From Basidiobolus meristosporus CBS 931.73 (lineage: Eukaryota; Fungi; Basidiobolomycota): a stretch of DNA of 56,823 nt. Shown here piece after piece: positions 41,065-53,200 of this stretch. Positions within the stretch are counted from its first letter, which is position 1. Every line of letters starts with the position of its first letter. The notes under the pieces are model-generated. The model saw only the letters and a program-made list of their open reading frames with translations. It was not told where the DNA came from and ran no database searches. A program made the translations under genes and the position numbers. Location of the stretch: assembly GCA_002104905.1 (NCBI GenBank), contig MCFE01000573.1:1-56823 (forward strand), read 5' to 3'.

Positions 41065-42882
41065 AGTGGTGCGGACCCTTTATCCGGAGATGCCCTTACC
41101 TCGGAGAATCACGTGGACCCGATGGATCCCTTCAAGCATCCATGGCTCAGGCCACATTCTAGGTGGCATGCCGCTGCGTTAGGGGGTTCAGCACATCAGC
41201 CAGAGGCCGTCGCGTCGTGGCACCCTAACCAGATTCCTGCCTAACTTAACAAGATCCTTAACCTCCCTAATTAGTATATACACTTCATGAGAGTAATCCA
41301 ACCCAACCTCATCATCCCTAATATCGGTTGCCACCACCAACACTACCACCAAACTGGTTAGTTGATTTCAATAAATCCCTTATCCCGTGAGGCCCGACCA
41401 ATCGTGTGCCAAGTTCCCGATACGCTAGATCCTTCGGCGGAAGGCCGACCCCATTCGATGGTTCGGAAATCCCGTCGGGAATCCAGTGGGTGTGCTGCCC
41501 CCTCGAGCCAATGGCCTGGTGTGATCCGCCCGGTCTAATTTGGAACGCAGAAAGACATGGCGAAGTCTACGCGGCCGAGCACGTCGCTGGAGTTTCCGAC
41601 GGACAAGTGGCAGGTTCCAGATCGCAGCAGCAAGTTACCTCTCTCCGTCAGGATCCTGCCGATGGAAGATCTCCGATGATGTGGTCCCCAACCAGTGGGA
41701 GTGGGAGGGGTGAGGTCTCTGTAGCGGTCAAGGTTAACCAAGCAGCTCCTGCCAGTGGGCGGATAGACGGACACATCTGGTCAGGCCAAGTGGGATTTGC
41801 GTGGGTGTCCTCTTGGGATTGACATGTGAAATGCGAGGCCTGTGATCGATCAACACCACGACAATATACCCCCGAGGCCAATGCGGATCTCGCTGGCTGA
41901 GATGGCTTAGAAGGCCCAGCGGTTGGTGCCCTCAGAGATGGCCCTGGCGAAAGGGGATGCGATTGGTTGGCAACAAGACTTCCGGTATCTCTCGGCATGG
42001 GACCAAACCATCGAGGGGTGACACACCTCTGGATCGTGGCTAGGGGAGAGAGGCAAATCGTATCTTCACCAGTGTCTCATGAAATCAGGCCCTCCTAATA
42101 GATCCATGCGATGTTGATTTTCACATGCTGGACCAGCGACTTTTCATGCCATTGATTTCTCTCGTTTCCAGCATCATACGTGTCTTGTGGACAGTAACTC
42201 GGCATTGACCATAAGATAGGTGGCAGTTGGCCGACTCCTCGACACCAACGAGATAACGACAGACCTGGGTTCAAGGCACACGCTCGCCTGTCGTAGGGGA
42301 TTTTTTCGGATACCTCGTTAGCGATGTACCCTGAATCCATGGATGGCTTGATGGTTGGAAATCAATTGGACTTGAAGTGTTCATTCCCTACAAACAGATT
42401 GACGCCGCTCACTCCCTTGGCGATGATATATATCTGTCCCGATAGGTCAGGGTTACCACCGTGCCTTATGGTTTGTATGGCGAGATATCCCCGCACCTTG
42501 GTCAACATGTCGCCATGGTCTTGGAAGGGGCTTGTTGCTGACAAGGGGTCTGGCCTGGTGCCCATTGACTCAAGGACCACGTTCGCACGCTGTCAATGTC
42601 TGGAAAGCTCATCTGCACCTGGAATACCCTGCGGTGAAGGGAGATTTCCAATGGAGGTATTTTCGGGGTGATTGAAATGCTCTAACCATTCTAGGGCTTG
42701 ACATTCAAGACCTTGGGGAGTGAGGGGTATGGAAAACAGGAGGATTGGCATGATACCACAAGGTTGGCTTATTGTGTAGAGAAAGGATACTTGTAGGTGG
42801 ATCTCCCCTGGCTAATTTAAGAAGTCTACTACTATGATACTCTATGTCTAACAAATGCTCCATGATGGATACCACTTGAGAT

Positions 42883-43094
42883 TGTTGTAAGAGTCTTGGA
42901 GATATTGGAAGTGATTGGGAGAACAAGTAGATTCTTGTTCTTGGGACCTTCCTTAACCTATTCTATGTGTTTGTTATGCCAAGACCATGTAAAAGTATAT
43001 ATACTACTTTTACATTCAATAAATCATTAAGTGAAAACCACATAATCTACTTGTCCTCCCAACCACTTCCAATATCTCCAAGAATCTTACAACA
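42883..43094. repeat. 212-bp foldback unit: 51-bp inverted arms with an internal 10-bp inverted repeat
   Basis: 42883-42933 is the reverse complement of 43044-43094 with 3 mismatches. Internal TGTAAAAGTA/TACTTTTACA at 42988-42997 and 43005-43014. Confidence 0.85.
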
Positions 43095-43390
43095 GTATTT
43101 TGGTGAAAATATTCTAAGTGAATCCCAACAAGGAATTTGGTCAGTATCCCTAGGATTGGAAGGTAATGATCTAAGCAACCAAGTTAGGTGAATATTTAGG
43201 TGGAATTACAAACTTTTACAACAGAGATCTCATGTAAATGGTGGACTTAAATCTTCTGGGCTCATCTTACCCCAACATCATCCTAACAGCCTTTGCGCAG
43301 TCCTTTGCAGACTTTATTATGGCCATGTGGTGGCATCCTGCTGGGCCTGTATAGTGCTACAGTGCTAATTTACCAAATGGTATTTCATTT

Positions 43391-43810
43391 TAGTCATCAG
43401 CTTGATAACTGGCTTCTCCAGGTGTAATGGTCAGTTTTGCTGTTGAGTGTGTGAGATCCAGGGGATTAAATCCATATCTCACAAACATAATTATTATCCA
43501 AACACCAACATATAGAACATCATCTTTCCACAGAGAGAGTGTGTAGAAGTCTGCATGCAATTGCAGCTTAGCAGGCAAGTTTTAAGCTATTGGTCAGCAT
43601 ATGGACTGAGCAAAAACTGGATATACTTAAGATAGAGGAAACTTGTTGGAGCAAAAGTTTTTCACTGGGAGCAATGCATACTCTTCTACAATATTGCAAA
43701 ACTAATCACCAAGTTGTACATGGGGCATTTTAAGCTAAATGAGCCCTTTGAGATACCGGAGAAATTTGAAAGAATTAGCAAGTTATGACAGAGTATTGGT
43801 TGTCCAAAGC
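43391..43810 (+). mobile_element. CACTA/EnSpm transposase fragment in the opposite orientation to the main copy
   Basis: Aligns by eye (roughly 75-80% identity) to the reverse complement of about 46700-47096 joined to 47794-47830. Shared stretch AAGCTAAATGAGCCCTTTGAGATACCGGAGAAATTTGAAA. Confidence 0.85.
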
Positions 43811-43919
43811 ACTTCTAGGTAAACATATGCTTGGCCTCTATGGCACTCTAAGGCATTATTTGGCACTCATGGCTCAGTGTGGCACTATCCAATAGAACTA
43901 GTCTAATTGTTAATATTCT

Positions 43920-45070
43920 AGAATATCCTGAAATAATACAATAGGGCCTTTTGAACCTAAGTCTAAGCCTCTCAAGACCCTTCTCAACAATATTGTCTCA
44001 TTTGTAGCCTTACAGGATACCATATACTCTGCCTGAGTGGTCAAGAGTGCCATGGTTAATTGCTTTCTTGAATACCATGTAATAGCTCCTTTACAGCACA
44101 GAAAGGTGTATTCTGTGGTGGATCCTCTGCCTTCTGTACTTTGTCCTCAGTCTGACTCACAGTAGCCCAAAGAATTCTGTTCTGCATCCTTCTAGGTGTA
44201 CCTTGAGTAGAAACAAGCAGTTCATTTCAAGTAACCAAAATTCTGCTTGACTGCTGTAATACAATCAGGTCCATAGCTTGAATTATGCTGGCTGACAGCT
44301 CCCTCTAAGCATAAGTTATCTCATTGTGTTCCTGGCATGATATACTTCAGACTGCTGACCATAGACAAGTAAAGGAAGTCTGGGCTTTTGGATGGCACCA
44401 AGCTCACTTGACTTGGTTAAGCTTTGACCAAGTCAAAGTTTGTCTCCACTGGGGTAGCTGCCAGTTCACAGCCTTCCATTTGGTACTTCTTAGATATATC
44501 ATGAATATGCTTGAGCTGACTTGACAGCATTACTTCTTTGGAAACTGAAGGATACCAAATAAGAATCCATCTGGCAAATCCAGGCTTTTGGTGGTTGCTT
44601 CAGACCATATCAGTGTTTTCAAACTTGCAGACCAAATGGGGGTTATTTTGATCAACAAACCCATCAGGCTGGTCCATGTGCACATCCTCATCAGGTTCTG
44701 CACTCAAAAATGCAGTATTTGCATCTATCTGATGAATAAGCACCTGTATTTGGCTGCTATAGCTAATGCTGGCTTTATTGAACTAAACTTGACTTCTGGT
44801 GGAATGGTTTCAAGGTAGTCTGGCTCTTTTTATTGAGAGTATCCTATGGCCACAAATCTTGCTTTGTATTTCACATTTGTACCATCAGCTATATATTCTG
44901 TCTTGGAGACCCATCTGCATCAAATTGATTTATGGTTAAGTGGTATTTGGTGGAGTTGCCAGTTTTATTATTCCTCTGGGCCTAATATTCCTCTGCTGTT
45001 GCTGACCAGGAGAGCTTTTAGGACAGCTACTTATGGCTTCTTTTACAGTCTGGGGCTTATCAATATGGAC
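43920..45070 (-). mobile_element. Ty1/Copia pol relic (RT and RNase H) with stops and frameshifts
   Basis: Minus-strand translation: CRWVSKTEYIADGTNVKYKARFVAIGYSQ, DANTAFLSAEPDEDVHMDQPDGF, YGLKQPPKAW, GYCESD, GAITWYSRKQLTMALLTTQAEY. Confidence 0.9.
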
Positions 45071-45696
45071 TGAAAAGGCAAGGTTTGAGTATGTATCCTC
45101 AATGATCTAGTAATTTAAGCTACCTGTAACCTGGTTAGATCTCCTACTTTGCAATACTACAATGCACACTTCTGGGTTCCCCATGGAAAATAATTTGATC
45201 CCACGGGTGGATCCAATCCAGATCATCCGTCAAGATCCCATTTAGAGACCATCATAATAACAGCAGCTTAGAGTTAGTGGCCCTCCTGACAATCTTATAA
45301 CAAGATCATGATGGTGTTTTGCAAATTTTACACCCAAATAAAGGGATAAAACTTGACAATTTTTGATTGGTGCTGTGACAATATTTGCATGCTATTGTTG
45401 CAGTCTTTCAACGCTCTATTACTATTTTAAGTGGATCCAGTTGGCCAGGACTTCCAATTGCCTTATATGGCAAGAAACTTGACAGTATTTTGACAGCCTC
45501 ACAGCAAGACTCTGATGACATTTTTTTGGCAGTATGACAGACTACCACTGGTTCTGTATAATGCTACTGTACCAATTTACCAAATGGTATTTGCTTTTTC
45601 TACCTCCCCTTGTGCAATTCATATATTCCACTGTAGCATAGCCTAACTTTATTTGCTTACCCACTACTACCTTGGGTATTCCACATATAGTTTGAA

Positions 45697-48600
45697 TCAA
45701 AAAACTATGGCCTCCTGCTTACTAACCTCTACAAACATGCACACCTGCTGCAATTGACATACTTCTATCACCTCAACTTTATGGCTTTTTAGTGTGATAC
45801 TTGCAAAGTTGCCATATACCTTGTACTGCTGGTAGCATATACATCTTGCAAACATATGCTTGATTGTTGCCACTTCTGCCATGAATACCTCCTGAATATT
45901 GGCAAAGAACTTCTTAGTATTTAGCCAATATATTCCTTCTCCCTGCTGGATTCTAGTCCCCTTAATAGGTGCGCTCTGGCTTTTGTTTGTGTGAATTCCG
46001 TAGTGCATGGTGTAGAAGTTGGCTTGTGACCACAAGAAATCTGGCATATCTTGGTGGAGTTTTCCTGATAAAAATTAGTTGCTTGTTGCACCCAATCCAA
46101 CTTTGCATGACTTAACTGATTACCCACACATTGGGGCTGCTTAGCTTCTTAATGCCATAGGCATAGGTGTCTCCATGTGCACATTTGTCCTCAGTATTTT
46201 CCAACTCTTTCTGGCTGTCCTCCATGTGCCAACTCATCACATCCATGATGGACTTGAAGGTCATATTCTTGATGAGATTGGGATATGGTAGTACATGTGA
46301 CTTGACTTGTCTTCCTATCTCCCCACACATCCGCTCCATAAGAAACTCCCAAAAGGTGAAGCAAGGCCTGATATTCTCCACACACCATGCAAGATGGAGT
46401 AGAGAATGGATGCAGTAGTGGCAGAGATCTACATGTTCAGCTTTATATTTGTAGTATAGCTGCTCAAATCCCATCACAAACTCCTCACACAACAGCTGTA
46501 GATGCGTCAAGTTGGCATTGGTGATCTGCTTTGGGATAAATATTCCTACAATGTCCACATATGACTCCCAATACTTCCAATGTACTCTTGGTAGGAATGG
46601 CTTCAGAACACCACCTGAATAAATACATATCCAGTTCATCCAGTCTTTGCATTTGTATTGTCACATATGCATATGAATATTAATTGGAGCCCATGAGAAG
46701 TACTTAGGGTAGCATATACTCTGTAATATCTTGCCAATTTTTCAAATTTCTCCGGTATCTCAAAGGGCTCATTTAGCTTGAAGTGCCCTACATACAACTT
46801 GGTCATCAGTATAGGGATATTGTTGAAAAGCAAATGCATTGCTCCCAGTGGAAAGCTTTTGCTCCAGCAAATACCCTCTGTCTTAAGTATCTCTGGTTTT
46901 CAATTGATTCCATATTCTTGCCAATGGCTTATAGCTTGCCAACTTTGCTGCAATTGCATGCTTACTTCTGTACGTTCTCTCTGTGGAAAGATGATGCTCT
47001 AACCCTAAGTGCTGGTGTTTGGGTAATAGTAATGTGTGTGAGTTATGGAGTAAATCACCTGGATCTCCCACATTTGACAGCAATACCATCCATTGTTGTT
47101 GTGCATCAACATTTAAAACTTAGCCAATTTTACTCCGTTTGAAAATCTAGTACCCTAACTGATTTTCCCTAACCCAAACATAACAAATCCCAGTTACAGT
47201 TGATTTTATCCCACCTCAGAATCTATTTTTAGATATCACACCTGATCTATTTTCAAATGGTCCTTACGTTATCAACCTATCTGCCAAGCCTTCCCAGGTG
47301 ATTAGTCATCTGAGATCTATCCAACCACTGTGCAATTGCCAAGACATCAGTTGATTGATGATGTAATTTTCATTTATCTTATGCACCTATGAACACCCAA
47401 ATTGATTTCAATCAATCCAGTCCCTTGGTGCTTACTAATTCAACTTGATCAGAAAAGTATAAATAAAGTTTACTGAACCTTTTGGCTTAGTGTGTGTCTC
47501 AACAAAATTAAGATTCTGTCTCAGCAAAAATAAGAATCCAACAATTCCATTCTAGTTTCTACCCAAGCCTAGTATATCTAGCACTCCAAAGAACACCAAG
47601 CCTAGCCTGCCTAGCAAACAAATATCATTGACTTTATAGCCAACCCAGCTATATCCAAGACCAATATTAGATCAGAATCTTTCTGCTAATATTTCCGCCA
47701 CTCTCTGACAATCCTAAGATTCTGCACTTAATTGTCCCTTTGGTTCAGTTAAACCATTCAAGAGTTTTATTACACTTTCTCTTGGATACAACAATTGTGC
47801 TTGGAAAAGCCTGCTATCTTGATGATGGCTGGGGTATCTCCAATGCAGATTATAATATGCGCTTTTACATGACAGCCATTTACCGTTATCCTGCTGGAAA
47901 GCATACAAAATTTATCCAACAGTGGATACAGGTAGCTATCCAGGTTGGACAGTAATTTAGGCACAGATACCAGTGAGACTACCATCAGATTATTGCTCTG
48001 ACACTCTAAGATGGGTGGCAGGTTCAGATTAATGAGAATTAGTGGCCAGCAGGATTTGCTGGTAGAGTACTTGTTTAATGAGAATCCATCAAGTGCTAAA
48101 GCAAAGGCATGGTCATACATACCTTCAAGGTAGCCCTTGCTTCTTAGCTGTTTGTAATGTTTGCCATCAAATATATTGGATATGTTTGCACTTGATTGAT
48201 ACTGAGTGCGGTACCATATAGCTTTGCAATATTTGTTGTACTGCATCAGCTTCCTCAGACAGGGTATGACCAGAATATATCTGGAGTGTGAACAATGTTT
48301 TCCCTCAAAGGTGGTGGATTAAAACAATTTGGACACGTTGCAATGGTAGCACTTTTGGATGTGAATGCCATGCAACTGTTAACACATGCTGGAATCAGGA
48401 CAGTCTCTGGATCATGTGTTGCCAGCTGCATGATGGTTGTCCACTTGTACAATGTACATGGTAGGTTGCATCCTGGTATGATTTTGGCAAGAAGTGGTAA
48501 TAAATCCTCAAAGCCCCCATTACTGATATCAGTGGAAATACACCAGTTCTCTAGCCACAACACTACATCATTCACCAGTAGATGGATTACTGGGCTCACT

Positions 48601-49081
48601 TGGCTACATAAAGTATCCTTGGCATTTGTTTCAACAGGTGTTGTCTCATTGCATATAGGGATTTGACCAGGATCAAATGTGGTACTGTTGTTAAGGGAGA
48701 TAAGCTCAAAATCCATCAGTGAACCTTCTTTGTCAGAGCTATCACTCTGTGTGCCATATTCAGATAGCTGAAGTGAGCCTAAAGGCGTCACAAACTCACC
48801 TGACTCAGTTTGCGCAAGGTGACAAAGATGGCCAGGTGCCAATATAAAACTATCAACTGGCCAGCAAGATAATGTTGGTACAGTAGTGACCAATGAATGG
48901 TCAAATATGACTTGGGTGGCAAAACACTGGCCGTGATCCTTATAATACTTCCTATGCTGTCTGCGTGCTTCATGGCTGAGAGACTTGCCACAATAGCCAC
49001 ATGGTCTTTTTTCTCTTCTCTTACAGCATTGAGTCAAAGTAGTCTTGTCCATGGGACAAACAGTTTGACCTTCAACAATGT
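45697..49081 (-). mobile_element. Decayed CACTA/CMC-EnSpm (Transposase_21/Tnp2-like) transposase region, interrupted by a solo LTR and bounded by the Gypsy insertion
   Basis: NIFDGKHY..L, FALALDG, WPLILINLNLPP, LDSYLYPL, IGDTPAIIKIAGFSKHN, HSLLHLAWCVENIRPCFTFWEFLMERMCG; N-terminal CGYC and CPNC Cys motifs. Multiple stops and frameshifts. Termini not located. Confidence 0.9.
47097..47793. mobile_element. Solo LTR, 697 bp
   Basis: Begins TGTTGT and ends ACAACA. Perfect 5-bp TSD ATTGT at 47092-47096 and 47794-47798. Removing it rejoins the transposase as GFSKHN-GWYCCQM. Confidence 0.9.
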
Positions 49082-50153
49082 TGTAGTGGGGTGACAGTGA
49101 CACCCACTGACAGATGTGCTCATTCCCTTATTTTCTACTTCCCTATATCTCTACTACACTTATTTTAGTTTTATCCCATTTGTCTTACCCAATCAGTACT
49201 ATCCCATAAGCCGGTTGACTATCACACCTGCTTACCTTATTGCATAAGTTACCCCTCACTTTATGTAAGATTACTAGCTATAAGTACTTCTACATTAGGC
49301 AAGTACCCGCGCCAGTACCCGTGACACATGATCAGCCCGTGTCACCATCCCTACCATTTCCATACCATATATGGTATCCCCATGTTACACAGGTTTCAGA
49401 ATACTGATTCCTGATTGGTTGGATGTGCTGTGCCTCTTAGAACCTTCCGGCACCTACTTAGAACATTCTTAGGTCATTCTGATGTCATTAAGATTTCTAT
49501 TGATCTCCGGAACCTTCTGGAACACCATGATTAGTAATCACTTAGCCAGTGAGAAAAGTATATAAGGGAGGCTATCCCTCAACAATAAATCATCATCCCT
49601 TTTTATCAATATACCGACTTGTTGATTAGTGTGATCACTGCTACCTGCTGCTACCTGAACTTCCAACCCCAGACCACAGGACACTCCCAGGAAACCGCGC
49701 TGACAGCCAACTGACCTTGGAGGCACTACTTGTGAGGAATACTCAGAGTAGGTATCTTTTATTATATTTGATTCTTTCCCAAGTTTGTTCTTGTACAGGC
49801 AAAGATACTTTTCTGTCTTTGTAACTATTGACCACAGCTGCATTCTTATCAAGTCCCTGCTGGTGGAGTTTACAGTTGTTTTGACTTTGGAAGCTTTAGT
49901 ACATTGTCATCTCAAAGGACGCTGAACCCAGCACATACTTTTGTTAAGACACCAACTAAGTTGGGGATTGTAGCTCAATAGTTTTCCCTTGACAAGCTTG
50001 TGGCTTTATTCCCCTTCACATTAGATTAGAGACAGAACCCAAGTATTCCTAGCAAGCTTTTGCCAGAGGTTATCGCACCCAGTGAACACCCCACACACAA
50101 AACACTTGAGAAGTGTTGGACGTATCTCTCCCTTGGACCTATACACCACCACA
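49082..50153 (+). repeat. 5' LTR
   Basis: TG...CA termini; matches 55188-56259 at offset 6106 with 4 substitutions seen. TATA-like TATATAAG near 49558. Confidence 0.97.
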
Positions 50154-50157
50154 TATT

Positions 50158-50175
50158 TGGCACCCAACGTGGGGG
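50158..50175 (+). other. Primer-binding site complementary to tRNA-Lys(CUU)
   Basis: TGGCACCCAACGTGGGGG versus the canonical Lys1,2 PBS TGGCGCCCAACGTGGGGC (16/18). It starts 4 nt (TATT) after the LTR. Confidence 0.85.
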
Positions 50176-50294
50176 GTTCATACAAGCTCCCTAGGACCCA
50201 ACAAGATTTACCAGAAGATTTGAGCTGTTATCCACCTATTGAAAAGAGACTACCGATATTACCAAGATTACAACACCAACATACCTGCCCAAAA

Positions 50295-53200
50295 ATGAAC
50301 TCTATGCCATTACCACTCTCACATGGAGCCCCACAGTTTGATGGAAAGAATGTGGAGAGCTTCATATTCAAATGGGAGAAGCTCTGCAAGATGTGCAGCC
50401 TATCTGAACAAGAAATGGCTGAAGACTTCCCCTACTACTGCACCAATGATATTACCACTAAGCTTCTCAGACAAGGAGACATTCTCACTGACTGGGCCTT
50501 AATGAAGACCTACCTACAGACCGAGTATGGTAGACCCCAGATATACTATGGAATTGAAGACCTCAGGCACTTTGGAAGAACTGGACTTTCCAAGCTACCA
50601 CTTGAAGAGTTCATTCAACAGTATGAAGATATGGCTGAGCCACTCCTAGAGTCCCAGGCTATAACTGAGTTTACCATGACACTTTACCTTGCACAAGGGC
50701 TTCCCCAGTACTTGGCAAGGAAAGTTGACTTACATGCAGCCAAGGATGACAAGTCTGGCATTCCTTGCTTTGCAGAGATGAAACGTGTTCTCCTAGAGGC
50801 AAAGCAAACTTCTACCTTTATGAGACTCCTGACATCTAATCTGCCAGACCAGTCAACCAAGAAGCCAAGGAGTGCTGCTGCTGACAATCAGACCTACACT
50901 ACCAACAGAATTGACCAACTTGCTGAACAGCTACAAAAGCTAGCCCTCAAGATTAATGGCTCAGCTGAGGTTGCTACTGAGGGACAAAGACCTTTGCCCA
51001 GGCACTGCATCTGGTGTGACTCTACTCAGCATGCCAGACAAGAATGCTCAGAGCTTAGCCAGCTACTCAGAGAAGGAGCAGTACAGTCTGATGCTGATGG
51101 AATGCTTGCCAACAAGGAAGCAAGAAGGATTCCCACTAATTTCCGAAGAGGAGGTATGAGAGCCCTTTTCCAGAAATCTGACTCAGCAACCAGAAAGATT
51201 ACTGTTGATGCCCCTATTGGGACTCATAAGGTGAATCCAAGCAGCCCTGACAACAGACAATATGAAGTTGATGCCTTTGCTACCAAAAGATACCGCCCTG
51301 AAGAACCTGCCAAACCCATCCTTAGAAGACAACGATTTGAAGAACCTGAAGTTGTTATTGACAAGAGGCCTAGTATGCTGCCCACCCAAAATCCATTGCC
51401 TCACTTTCAGATGACCTCAAAGATAGCAAGCTACTCAAGCCCTCAACTGATTACTGAGAAGCTGCTGAAGCAGAACCTCACTTTGTCGGTTGGAGAAATC
51501 ATGAGTGTATCCCCATCTGTTAGGAAGACCTTTGATGAGCAGCTTAGAACAAGACGACAAGCTGTTGAACATATGGACACTCATATAATTCAGACAAACC
51601 ATGGAGACCACCAAAAGGATGACAACACTACTGAATATAAGACCTTTTACTCAGTGGCAACTACTGTGGTGAAAGGGTATATATATGATGACCCTGTTGA
51701 CTGCCATATTGACAGTGGCTCAGAGATTTGTGTTATGCCGCTAGACTTCTGGAAGATACTTAAAAGCAAGGAGCTACTGCCTGTTGATAGAGATATTGGA
51801 TGGAACATGACCAATGCAAACTCAGGATCTAGTCCACTCTATGGTGTAGTACACAAGTTTCCTATTGAGGTACAAGGAATCAAGGTCTGGCTTCCCCTCT
51901 TCATCTGCCAGAAGGCAAACTTTGACCTTCTGCTAGGTAGACCATGGGAAACCAGTACTAAGGCTACAACTACCAACTATTCCAATGGGTCAGTATGGTA
52001 CACCATACAAGGATCCAATCCAGGACTACAGTCAACCTTCTGTGGTGTAACACCCAATAATAAGAGGACACATACTGCTTGCCAGAAGACACATCTTGTT
52101 ATGGAAGAAGATGAAGAGCCTGACAATATACACCCCAACATTTGGAGCTGCTCATTAGGTATACAGGAGCAAACAGCTATGGTTCGAACAAAATACAAGA
52201 CAGTAGAACAGAAGATTAGACCATCACTTACCCCACTGACTGATGGATCTCAACCTGCTGATTACATTAGACCACCAGAAGAAACACCAGATGATATACA
52301 ACTTACACCTGAGAGACTTAAGCAACTTATCATTGGTGATGGAAACCTAACACCAGAGGAGATACTATTATTCAAGGAGACCTTGAAAAGGCATGATAAG
52401 GTCTTCTCATATAATGACAAGGAGATGGGACTCTTAAAGACATCGGTTGAAAAACCCATCAAGATTCATACAGTGCCCCACACACCCTGGTCATTTAAGC
52501 CTTACCCACTGCCCAGAGGACTCCAAGCTGATGTGCATGACCTACTTAAGAAGAAGATAGAAGCTGGTATCCTAGAACCTTGCCATGGACCCTATGCTAA
52601 CAGATGGTTTGTGACCAAAAAGAAGAATGGAAAGCTCCGATTCATTCAAGACATGCAACCTGCAAATGCTGTCACTATCAGAGATGCTGCTATACCTCCC
52701 TCTATTGATGACTTTGCAGAAAGCTTTAGTGGCCACTCCATCTACTCAACATATGATCTCTACTCAGGATATGACCAGATTCCCCTTGATGAGACATCAA
52801 GAGATATGTTTGCACTACAGACACCATTTGGACTATTAAGGATAACAAGACTCAGCCAAGGGGCTACAAACTCCGTGGCTCAGTTCCAGAGATCCATGGT
52901 GAATGTGCTATACCAGTTTATACCTGAGAAACTTGCTGTCTTTGTTGATGACATAGGCATCAAAGGACCAAAAATCCAAGACACTACTGAAGTTATGCCT
53001 GGAGTAAGAAAGTTTGTCTATGATCATATATCAGACAATGATGCCATATTAGGAGCCATAGAAGAAGCTGGACTCACCATCAGTGGTGAGAAAAGCAGCT
53101 TTGGTGTATCAGAGATATCCATTGTTGGACAAAAATGCAACACCTTTGGTCGTTCACCTGGAGACTCCAAGACACAAAAGATATGTAACTGGCCTACCCC

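Noticed and set aside
41400-42680. GC-rich minus-strand ORF chain with in-frame stops beside the TE island
   Set aside because: Possibly a disrupted host gene, but no identifiable domain. It is CpG-rich, so not part of the old TE nest.
45160-45600. Candidate CACTA terminus (CACAC start, TGACAG-like repeats)
   Set aside because: No matching opposite TIR or 3-bp TSD could be verified.
50082-50294. ORF-track N-terminal extension of gag starting inside the LTR
   Set aside because: It starts at a GTG within U5/PBS; the Gag-like sequence begins at ATG 50295.
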